DNA from: a virus
Taxonomy: Duplodnaviria > Caudoviricetes
Virus record (IMG/VR): IMGVR_UViG_3300006853_000005
Location: 1 to 51,168 of that record
DNA: 51,168 bases
Strand: one strand, 5' to 3'
In this document: positions 28,022 through 35,299 of the stretch, piece by piece
Layout of the letters: every line of letters starts with the position of its first letter
How positions within the stretch are numbered: the stretch's first letter is position 1
The notes under the pieces: model-generated
Told to the model about the DNA's origin: nothing
The model's input: only the letters and a program-made list of their open reading frames with translations
The model's database searches: none
Position numbers and translations under genes: made by a program

Positions 28022-28046
28022 GCTGTCCCCCAGCACAGATGGTGCC

Positions 28047-28394
28047 GTGAGCCGACGCCACAACGCCCGCCGCCTCGACGGACACGCCCGTCGTGGACGG
28101 GTGGCCGAGCTGGGCGGGCGCGACGGCTGGGCCTGCCACTACTGCGGGATCGGTCTCGCTCCCGGCCGGCGGTCGACGACGATCGATGAGGTGCGTCCAC
28201 TCGTCCGCGGTGGCCACCCGAGCGCCGACAACCAGGTGCTCGCCTGCTCGCCTTGCAATCAGCGCAAGGCCGACATGACCGCCGAGGAGTTCGCCCACGT
28301 GCTCGCTCGGGGCGGCCCGCCCGCGTCGTACTTCGCATGGCGCCGTGAGCTGAAGCAACGCCAGCGACGGCTCGCTGTCACACCCGGCTCGTAG
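28047..28394 (+). CDS. HNH endonuclease-fold protein (DH replaced by DE)
   Basis: RDGWACHYCG..TIDEVRPLVRGG..DNQVLACSPCNQRK. Confidence 0.85.
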   Translation: MSRRHNARRLDGHARRGRVAELGGRDGWACHYCGIGLAPGRRSTTIDEVRPLVRGGHPSADNQVLACSPCNQRKADMTAEEFAHVLARGGPPASYFAWRRELKQRQRRLAVTPGS

Positions 28395-28414
28395 GCTGCC
28401 ACTGGTCGTGCAGC

Positions 28415-28456
28415 CACGGCGCGGTCGGCTACCAACCGGGGGCCGACCGCGCCGTG
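28415..28456 (+). other. 15-bp perfect stem-loop
   Basis: cacggcgcggtcggc / gccgaccgcgccgtg with loop taccaaccgggg. Confidence 0.75.
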
Positions 28457-28463
28457 ACGCAGG

Positions 28464-28632
28464 CGTTGGCTCACACGTTGGGCTCACATCGGGCCTCCCG
28501 GCCCTGGTCAGAGCGTTTTCAGCGGAAGGTATGGGATTCCCCCAACCAGCCCTCGCACACGGGTTGAGCAGCCATAACGACCCATAGGAGACCATCGCAA
28601 CCTATGGTCTATGGCTCACGTTGGCTCACACG
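28464..28632. mobile_element. attP: tRNA(Ser)-like 3'-end core (28521-28539) flanked by GGCTCAC arm-type repeats
   Basis: Reverse complement GAATCCCATACCTTCCGCT resembles a tRNA T-loop-to-3' end; cgttggctcacacg is identical at 28464 and 28619; further ggctcac at 28481 and 28613; adjacent to the integrase. Confidence 0.8.
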
Positions 28633-28647
28633 GACAGGGGCAGGCGG

Positions 28648-29727
28648 ATGGCCTCCAAGACACGCGGCAAGGGCGAAGGCTCGGTCTACCAACGGGCCGA
28701 CGGGTACTGGGTCGGACAGGTCGACCTCGGCCGCGACGCCAACGGCCGGCGACGACGGCCCAGGGTGGTGCGCAAACGCAAGGACGACGTCCTGGCCGAG
28801 CTCGGCCGCCTCGCCGCGGGCACCGCGGTGGACCGCAACACCACCGTCGCCGCGTACCTCGAGTTCTGGCTGACCCAGGTCGCGGCGACCCAGGTGGGCA
28901 CGTCGTCGCTCGCCGAATACACCAAGCGCATCGACCGCGTCACCGGGCTCATCGGTCACGTGCGCCTGGCGAAGCTGGGCAAGGCGCAGATCCAGACGCT
29001 CGTGAACCGCCTCGCCGAGACCTACGCCCCCAAGACGGTCCAGACCACCATGGCGACCGTCCGCCAGGCGCTCGCCTGGGGGGTCCCCGACTACCTCGAC
29101 CGCAACCCCGCCGTCGGGGTGCGGGCGCCGAGGAAGGTCACGGCCCGCGTCGACGACGCCCTCACCGGCCCGGAGACGGCCGCTGTGCTCGCGGCGGCGA
29201 CCGGTGACCGCTACGAGGCCCTGTACTGGCTGGCGCTCACCTACGGGCTGCGCATCGGTGAACTGCTCGCGCTCGACTGGGGCGACGTGGACCTCGACGC
29301 CGCCACGGTCACCGTGGTCCGGTCCAAGACCGCCGCAGGGGAACGGACCCTCCCGCTCACCCCCGGCGCCGTGGCGCAACTGCGGTCGCACCGCAGGCGC
29401 TGGCCGGCGATCACCGGGCCCGTGTTCACCGGACCCCAGGGCGGGACGCTCAAGGCCCAGCGGGTACGCGAGTGGTGGTCGCAGCTCCTCAAGAGAGCGG
29501 GGGTCGAGCACCGTTGCCGCAACTGCGGGACCGGCACCGAGTGCTCGACATCGACGCGGCGTTTCCACGCGTCGCGCCACACCGCCGCCACCCTGCTGCT
29601 GGAGGCCGGCCTGGAGCTGGAGGTCGTATCGAAGATCCTCGGCCACTCGAACATCGGGGTGACGGCGGACATCTACGTGAAGGTCCGGGCCGACCTGATG
29701 CGCAAGGGCCTGTCGAAGCTCGGCTAG
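28648..29727 (+). CDS. int: tyrosine integrase
   Basis: RGKGEGSVYQ arm-binding N-terminus; catalytic GLRIGE, SKT, FHASRH, LGHS, DIY. Confidence 0.95.
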   Translation: MASKTRGKGEGSVYQRADGYWVGQVDLGRDANGRRRRPRVVRKRKDDVLAELGRLAAGTAVDRNTTVAAYLEFWLTQVAATQVGTSSLAEYTKRIDRVTGLIGHVRLAKLGKAQIQTLVNRLAETYAPKTVQTTMATVRQALAWGVPDYLDRNPAVGVRAPRKVTARVDDALTGPETAAVLAAATGDRYEALYWLALTYGLRIGELLALDWGDVDLDAATVTVVRSKTAAGERTLPLTPGAVAQLRSHRRRWPAITGPVFTGPQGGTLKAQRVREWWSQLLKRAGVEHRCRNCGTGTECSTSTRRFHASRHTAATLLLEAGLELEVVSKILGHSNIGVTADIYVKVRADLMRKGLSKLG

Positions 29728-29903
29728 GGGTTACCGGCACGTAGCGGACGGCGGTTCGCGCTCGGGGCGGCGGTTCTTTGCTGGTCGCTTACATCGGGCA
29801 CTCCAGGTGGCGGCACCCTTGCGATGTCCTGTCGCCGGCACTATCAGTGATGCCTCGGCGGAACGAGCGGCCCCTGACCGTGGTCGCAGCGAGGGGGTAG
29901 ACG

Positions 29904-30059
29904 ATGCCCGCACCCGACGACCGGATCGCGGAGCTAGAGGCCGAGAACGCCCGGCTACGTCAGCGTGTCGCCGACCTGGAACGGTTCCGGTCCCTAGTGG
30001 TCGACGTCATCGAGCCGCTCGTGTCCGCCGCCGTGCGGGCGGGTCAGTCTCGGCCCTGA
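29904..30059 (+). CDS. 51-aa coiled-coil protein (not in the ORF track)
   Basis: GAGGGGG RBS; MPAPDDRIAELEAENARLRQRVADLERFRSLVV..; converges on the 3' end of the repressor gene. Confidence 0.6.
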   Translation: MPAPDDRIAELEAENARLRQRVADLERFRSLVVDVIEPLVSAAVRAGQSRP

Positions 30060-30403
30060 GCCTTCTCGCGACTCCGCTGGTAGACCTCGATGATGACCTC
30101 GCGCCGGTCGTCGCTGATGGAGGTGTCTCGGCGGATCAGGTCGAGCACGTCCACGTCGGACGGGACATAGCCAGCGTCGATCAGTAGGGCCCCGCGCCCG
30201 AGGTTGAGAGCGTCCTCTACGGCGACGACGTCGTCGAGGCTGTCGAGATCGCCGTTCTCGTAGCGGCTGATCGTCTGCTGCGTGGTGTCGAGTCGCTCGG
30301 CGAGAAGGTCCTGGTTGCGCAGGCCGGCGCCGAGGCGAGCGTCTCGTAGCGCTCGGCCAAGGGCGCGGCGTAGCCGGCGTGCAGCCTCGGTGGGTTCGCC
30401 CAC
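30044..30403 (-). CDS. immunity repressor (cI-like XRE HTH)
   Basis: LRDARLGAGLRNQDLLAERLDTTQQTISRYENG; divergent from cro, next to int. Confidence 0.85.
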   Translation of the reverse strand: MGEPTEAARRLRRALGRALRDARLGAGLRNQDLLAERLDTTQQTISRYENGDLDSLDDVVAVEDALNLGRGALLIDAGYVPSDVDVLDLIRRDTSISDDRREVIIEVYQRSREKAQGRD

Positions 30404-30411
30404 TCACACGC

Positions 30412-30440
30412 ATTATGCGTACTCACAGTGCGAGTAGCAA
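30412..30440 (-). promoter_or_regulatory. leftward repressor promoter TTGCTA-17-CATAAT
   Basis: tagcaa 30435-30440 and attatg 30412-30417; 8 nt from the GTG start, so near-leaderless. Confidence 0.75.
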
Positions 30441-30484
30441 GAACTACTAGGACACCCTTGACGTGTACTCATACCGTGTGTAGC
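30419..30484. promoter_or_regulatory. two operator candidates GTACTCA-N6-G(A/T)GTAGC in the promoter spacers
   Basis: gtactcacagtgcgagtagc (30419-30438) and gtactcataccgtgtgtagc (30465-30484). Confidence 0.7.
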
Positions 30485-30486
30485 TT
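30458..30486 (+). promoter_or_regulatory. rightward early promoter TTGACG-17-TAGCTT
   Basis: Canonical spacing; 5 nt upstream of the cro GTG with no RBS (leaderless). Confidence 0.8.
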
Positions 30487-30491
30487 CACTC

Positions 30492-30734
30492 GTGATGGAA
30501 GTGCCCCCCGAGATCATCGAGATCAGGAAGCGCCGGGGCCGCCGCGTGTACGAGGCCCGCCAGGGTCGGATGACACAGGAGGAACTGGCCGCCGCGGCTG
30601 GATGCACCCAGCAGACGGTGTCCCGGATCGAAGCCGGCCAGCACGATGTGAGCCTCAAGGTGGGTTTGGCGCTCGCTGAGGCGCTGGGCAAGACCTTTGA
30701 CGAGCTGTTCTCAACGACCGAGTCGGTGGCCTGA
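30492..30734 (+). CDS. Cro-like XRE HTH regulator
   Basis: MTQEELAAAAGCTQQTVSRIEAG. Confidence 0.88.
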   Translation: MMEVPPEIIEIRKRRGRRVYEARQGRMTQEELAAAAGCTQQTVSRIEAGQHDVSLKVGLALAEALGKTFDELFSTTESVA

Positions 30735-31021
30735 TGCGCCCCGGACCGCTCGCCGAGCTGATCGGCGACACCGCTGCGATCTGCCGGGAGACCGACCCGA
30801 CCGGCTGGACCGACGTCGAGCGCGACGACGTGCTCGCCGCTCTCGGTCCCGCCGCCGTCGAGATCGTCGGTCTGTCGGCCCGCATCCGGGCCGCGCGGGT
30901 CAACGGCACACCCGTGCCCCGGCCCGAGCCCAAGCGGGTCGAGCCGACGACCCCGCCCAGCCAGGACCCTCCGCCCGAACCGCCGGCTCCGCCCGCCGAG
31001 GGCACCGGGGAGGGACGGTGA
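30734..31021 (+). CDS. hypothetical protein with Pro-rich tail
   Basis: TGATG coupling, high GC3. Confidence 0.7.
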   Translation: MRPGPLAELIGDTAAICRETDPTGWTDVERDDVLAALGPAAVEIVGLSARIRAARVNGTPVPRPEPKRVEPTTPPSQDPPPEPPAPPAEGTGEGR

Positions 31022-31218
31022 CCGCCGCCCCCGTCGCCGACCAGCTCGCCTACCGGCCCAAGCAGGCCGCGCAGGTGCTCGGGCTGTCGGTGGCGCAGGT
31101 GACCGAGCTGCTCGCCCAGGGGCGCATCGAGTCGTTCAAGCTCGGCGCCGCCCGCCTGATCCGACGCGAGGCCCTGGTCGCGTTCCTCGACGACCTCGAG
31201 CGCAGGGCAGCCTCATGA
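31018..31218 (+). CDS. xis: excisionase/HTH_17 DNA-binding protein
   Basis: AYRPKQAAQVLGLS..GRIESFKLGAARLIRREALVAFL. Confidence 0.85.
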   Translation: MTAAPVADQLAYRPKQAAQVLGLSVAQVTELLAQGRIESFKLGAARLIRREALVAFLDDLERRAAS

Positions 31219-31303
31219 TCGTCACGCCGTCCGCCTGGCGTGACGCCCCGACCGGTGCCGGTAACCGCCTCCGGCCCGGTCGGGGCCCCCTCGGGGAGGC
31301 GTC

Positions 31304-31573
31304 GTGAGCATCGTCTACGCCGCCACGGTCAACTCGACCGACACCGATGACGGGCTCGACTCCAGTGAGACCGTCGAGTTCACCAGGCTGGCGCCGGCCG
31401 AGCGGTGGATCGACACCCACGCCGACCGGTACCTCGGTGCCAGCATCGACGTGCTCGAGCGTCGCAAGGTGCGTGGCCGCCCGGTCGACACGCTCACGGC
31501 TCAGCGGATCTACCAGCTCACAGATGCCCGCACCGGCTTCGTCCTCGACGAGGTCGTGGAGGTGGCGTCGTGA
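31304..31573 (+). CDS. hypothetical protein
   Basis: GGAGG RBS, coupled. Confidence 0.7.
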   Translation: MSIVYAATVNSTDTDDGLDSSETVEFTRLAPAERWIDTHADRYLGASIDVLERRKVRGRPVDTLTAQRIYQLTDARTGFVLDEVVEVAS

Positions 31574-31836
31574 CCCCGGTCCCTGTTGTTCGACCCGCCA
31601 GGGGGCGCCGACTCAGCAGCGGCGTTGGCGGGTCGTGCCCGGTGTTCCCGGTCCCCCAGTGCCGTAGCGAACCCGGGTCGACGGTGGAGGACCCTCGGAC
31701 CCTGGGGGTCCTCCACCGCATCCCCACCGGCCTGCTGGTCGCGTTGTTGATGGCGGCGCTGGCCGTGTTGTTGCTGTTGGCGATGCGGTTCGACCCGATG
31801 GTCGACCGGCCCGTCACCACCGAGGAGGACCGGTGA
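31570..31836 (+). CDS. hypothetical protein with C-terminal TM (start uncertain)
   Basis: GLLVALLMAALAVLLLLAM; GTGA coupling. Confidence 0.55.
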   Translation: MTPVPVVRPARGRRLSSGVGGSCPVFPVPQCRSEPGSTVEDPRTLGVLHRIPTGLLVALLMAALAVLLLLAMRFDPMVDRPVTTEEDR

Positions 31837-32207
31837 TGGCCCTTGCCCGCAGCGACGTCGCCCTGGTCACCCACTGGTTGGCCAACGGCGTCCCCGCCGA
31901 CCGCGGCACCCGGGACTTCATCTGCGACGTGCTCTTGCCCCGGCTGTGGGCGGACCGTCAGACGTGGGTCGACGTCGCCACCGAAGCCGTCGATCGGTTG
32001 TGTCAGGAAGCCCCGCACGCCGGGCCGGGTGGTTCGACCGCCTTGGCCGCTCGGTCTGGCGTGCAGGACGGCCTGGCAGACCGAGGCGCACAGCGTCCCG
32101 CTGTTCCCAACTCCAGCGGCGTACAGGCCGTCCGACATCCCGAAAACGACACCGCCCGGGCGACCCCTTCCACAGAGCGCCCGGGCGAACCGACCCCAGG
32201 AGTATAG
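31833..32207 (+). CDS. hypothetical protein; the 3' half overlaps a predicted structured RNA
   Basis: 5' half has good codon bias, 3' half is hairpin-rich. Confidence 0.55.
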   Translation: MMALARSDVALVTHWLANGVPADRGTRDFICDVLLPRLWADRQTWVDVATEAVDRLCQEAPHAGPGGSTALAARSGVQDGLADRGAQRPAVPNSSGVQAVRHPENDTARATPSTERPGEPTPGV

Positions 32208-32591
32208 ATGGACCCCGATCGGCTCGACCAGGACCACATCGACAAGGCGGCCGACTTCGCCGCCGAGCACCTCGCCACCGACGGCGTCGCCCGCATCCGT
32301 CTCGCCCCCGGGGACATGACCGAGTACCGGTTCGTGATCGCCCGGCCCGGGATCGAGTGGGCCTACGGCGAGCCCCGCGAGGGCCGCTACTACTGGGTGA
32401 CGCTCTGCGCCGACTTCGGTGGCGGCTACGAGTGGCACGGCGGAGGAGTCGACGGCGGGTACGCCACCGAGAAGTGGACGAACCGATCGAGCGGCGATGC
32501 CACCCGCCGCCACACGGGTGAGGTCGTCGCCCGGTTCCTGACCGCCGTCGCTGAGGCCATGCGGCACCTCGCGATCGAGACGGCCGAGTGA
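32208..32591 (+). CDS. hypothetical protein
   Basis: AGGAG RBS, high GC3. Confidence 0.75.
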   Translation: MDPDRLDQDHIDKAADFAAEHLATDGVARIRLAPGDMTEYRFVIARPGIEWAYGEPREGRYYWVTLCADFGGGYEWHGGGVDGGYATEKWTNRSSGDATRRHTGEVVARFLTAVAEAMRHLAIETAE

Positions 32592-32852
32592 TCAGCGACC
32601 CGATCCCCGTCGAGGACGCCACCTCGGTCAGCTTCCTGCCCGGCGGCTCCCTGGTCTGCGCCGACCCGATCCTGGCCGGCTCGACCAACTGCGCCGAGTG
32701 GACGTTCCCCACGTGGGATCCCCCGGCTCGGCCACCGCGACAACCGCATCAGCGCCGAGGTCATCAAGAACCTCTACCGCGCCGGCTACGCCCTGGTGAA
32801 GGTGCTGCCCGACCACGCCGAGGTCACGGTCTACCCGCAGGACGGCGAGTGA
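32588..32852 (+). pseudogene. small gene with an apparent frameshift at ~32714-32724
   Basis: Codon bias switches frame at TGGGATCCCCC; the +1 frame ends in TGA overlapping ATG 32852. Confidence 0.55.
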
Positions 32853-33238
32853 TGGCCGACGCCGAATGGGCGGACCTCTGCTGTCCGCTGCCCGTCATCC
32901 GCTTCACCTGGTCCGACGACGGCGAACGTGGCCCGGCCGCCGTGCACCACTGCGGGTCGAACCTCCATGTGGAGCACACCCGCTACAACACCCTCCTCGC
33001 CGGCGGTGAGATGGAGATCTCTGCCGCCTGGCGCGTGATCTGCGAGGGCGGACACACCCTGCTGGTGCCCGACGACCAGGGCAACGACGACGTCGAGGAC
33101 CTGACGTTCGACGTGGCTCTGGTCCAGGAGGCGCTGGTCGGCGTCGGGGTCGTGGCGCAAGGGCCCGGCGGCATCAACTTCCGGGAGTCGCCGTCCCCGT
33201 CGAGGTCGGGGTTCCACGACGGGGTGGCGTGCGAATGA
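32852..33238 (+). CDS. hypothetical Cys/His protein
   Basis: TGATG start MADAEWADLCC; HHCGSNL..ICEGGH. Confidence 0.65.
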   Translation: MADAEWADLCCPLPVIRFTWSDDGERGPAAVHHCGSNLHVEHTRYNTLLAGGEMEISAAWRVICEGGHTLLVPDDQGNDDVEDLTFDVALVQEALVGVGVVAQGPGGINFRESPSPSRSGFHDGVACE

Positions 33239-33600
33239 CCCTGATCGCTTTCCCCTTCGGCGACGGCTGCCCCGACGGTGGACGTCTCGTCGACTCCGAC
33301 GTGGTCAACGGTCACGGCGTCGTCTGGTGCGCCACCTGCGGCCGCTACGCCTGCGCCGAACCCACCACCACCGACGGGTCGGTGTGGCAGGTCGAACGCC
33401 ACCGCCGCAAGCCCCTCACCGTGACCACCGTCGCCCCCTCGACCGACCCGCTGCCGCACCACGTGCGCCTCCCCCGGGCCGACGGGCGGTTGACCCGCGA
33501 CGAACTGCGCGAGCTCTCCGCCCAGTGCCTCGGGGTCCTCGCCGCCACCCATCCCCTCGACCACGACGGCGCCCACCCCGTCGACTCGGAGCCGTTCTGA
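33235..33600 (+). CDS. hypothetical protein (zinc-ribbon-like)
   Basis: GCPDGG..WCATCG..ERH; ATGA coupling. Confidence 0.65.
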   Translation: MTLIAFPFGDGCPDGGRLVDSDVVNGHGVVWCATCGRYACAEPTTTDGSVWQVERHRRKPLTVTTVAPSTDPLPHHVRLPRADGRLTRDELRELSAQCLGVLAATHPLDHDGAHPVDSEPF

Positions 33601-33602
33601 GC

Positions 33603-34166
33603 ATGGACCTCCACCACGACCTCGACGACCAGCTCGCCCAGATCGGCGACGAAGCCGAGTCGTCGTTCATCATCGACGACCTGTCGAAGGCCAACTGGGC
33701 CGTCCGCAAGCTCGGGGTCTACGCCGCCCGCCTCGCCGAAGCCGAAGCGTTCGCCCAGCGCGAGCGCGACAACCTCGACGTGTGGCTCGCCGGCGAACGC
33801 GAGCGGGCCGAGCAGTCGTCGAGCTTCCTCGCCGGACTGCTGCGCCGCTACCACGAGGACCGCCTCGAGGCAGACCCGAAGGCCAAGACGATCCACCTCC
33901 CCGCCGGGGACCTGACGGCCCGCAAGACCCCCGATCGGTGGGAGGTCGACAGCGACGAGGACCTGATCGCCTGGGCGGAGCAGTCCGGGTGGGCCGAGGT
34001 CGTTCGTCGGCGTGACCCCGAGGTCGACCGCAACGCCCTGAAGCGCACGTTCCACGTGGCGCCCGGCGGGACGGTCCTGGCGCCGGATGGCGAGGTGGTC
34101 CCCGGGGTCTCCGTCGTCGAGGGCGAGGTCTCGTTCAAGGTCAAGCCCAGGGTGGCCGAGCAGTGA
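33603..34166 (+). CDS. Mu Gam-like host-nuclease inhibitor
   Basis: FIIDDLSKANWAVRKL coiled coil, LLRRYH, KTIHLPAGDLTARK, EVDRNALK, GEVVPGV. Confidence 0.8.
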   Translation: MDLHHDLDDQLAQIGDEAESSFIIDDLSKANWAVRKLGVYAARLAEAEAFAQRERDNLDVWLAGERERAEQSSSFLAGLLRRYHEDRLEADPKAKTIHLPAGDLTARKTPDRWEVDSDEDLIAWAEQSGWAEVVRRRDPEVDRNALKRTFHVAPGGTVLAPDGEVVPGVSVVEGEVSFKVKPRVAEQ

Positions 34167-35299
34167 CCGGGCTCCGAACCCGCAAGCCGACTGGTGAGGT
34201 GGCGTGGCCGCTGATCCTCGTCGAGGGCGGGGAGAAGGTCGGCAAGTCGTGCACGGCGTTCGGGTTCTCCACCGACGGACGGGTGGGCCGGACGTTCGTG
34301 TTCGAGCTGGGCGAGGCCAAGGCCGACGAGTACGCCCGCCTCGGCCCCTACGAGATCGTTGACCACAACGGCACGTTCTCCGACATCTACGACCAGCTCG
34401 AAGCCGCGTGTGCCGAACCCCGCACCGAGGGCCGCCCGAACGTCGTGGTGTTCGACCAGATCACCTCGCTGTGGGAGCTGATCAAGGACTGGACCGAGAC
34501 CCGGGCCCGCAGCTCCAAGACGGCCCGGAAGATCCTCGCCGAGGACCCCGACGCCGAGATCGACATCTCGATGAACCTGTGGAACGACGCCAAGGCCCGC
34601 TGGTACAAGGTCATCAACCTCCTACGCCGCTCCGACGTGATCGGCGTGCTCGTGGCTCGAGCCAGCGAGGTGGCCAAGGTGCAGGGCGGCCGGCCGGTCT
34701 CAGGGCAGACCGACTACCGGGTCGAGGCCGAGAAGTCGACGGTGTTCGCCGTGACCGCGCAGGTGCGGATCGGGGCCGATCACCGGGCGACGCTCGTCGC
34801 GGTCAACTCGCTCGATGCCCAGGTCCCAGCGAAGGGACTTCTGCTCCCCGAGGATCTGCCGCTCGGGCATCTGGTGTTCGAGGTGCTGGGCTGCACAGCG
34901 ACGACCGGCCCGCAGCGGATCACCCACGGCGCCGTCGAGATCCCACGGGCCGAGGCGATGCGACGGCTGCTCGGCTACCTGACGCCCAACGTCCCCGATC
35001 CCCAGTCAGCGGCACGGGTGATCTGGGACGCCGACCCGAAGTCGGGTGCCGAGGAGTTCGCCCCGGATGATCTCGTGCGGATCCTCGACGCGGCGGGCGA
35101 GTACGTCGAGCGCCACGCCCAAGCGACGCAGACGATCGTCGCCGCCATGTCCGCGTTGACCAACGCGGATGACCGGACGGCGGGTCAGGCCCAAGCGTGG
35201 ATGTTGCAGCGTGGGTTCCCCGAGGACCCGCACCAGCTCGACCAGGACCAGGCCGCTCAGCTCCTCGCCCATCTGGCGACGCTCACGGACGCCGCGTGA
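34163..35299 (+). CDS. AAA_24/Sak4-like ATPase (recombination)
   Basis: Walker A GGEKVGKS, Walker B VVVFDQITSLW; follows the Gam-like gene. Confidence 0.8.
   Translation: MTGLRTRKPTGEVAWPLILVEGGEKVGKSCTAFGFSTDGRVGRTFVFELGEAKADEYARLGPYEIVDHNGTFSDIYDQLEAACAEPRTEGRPNVVVFDQITSLWELIKDWTETRARSSKTARKILAEDPDAEIDISMNLWNDAKARWYKVINLLRRSDVIGVLVARASEVAKVQGGRPVSGQTDYRVEAEKSTVFAVTAQVRIGADHRATLVAVNSLDAQVPAKGLLLPEDLPLGHLVFEVLGCTATTGPQRITHGAVEIPRAEAMRRLLGYLTPNVPDPQSAARVIWDADPKSGAEEFAPDDLVRILDAAGEYVERHAQATQTIVAAMSALTNADDRTAGQAQAWMLQRGFPEDPHQLDQDQAAQLLAHLATLTDAA

Noticed and set aside
28521-28539. Possible tRNA gene
   Set aside because: Only the 3' ~19 nt is present and no cloverleaf can be built; interpreted as the attP core
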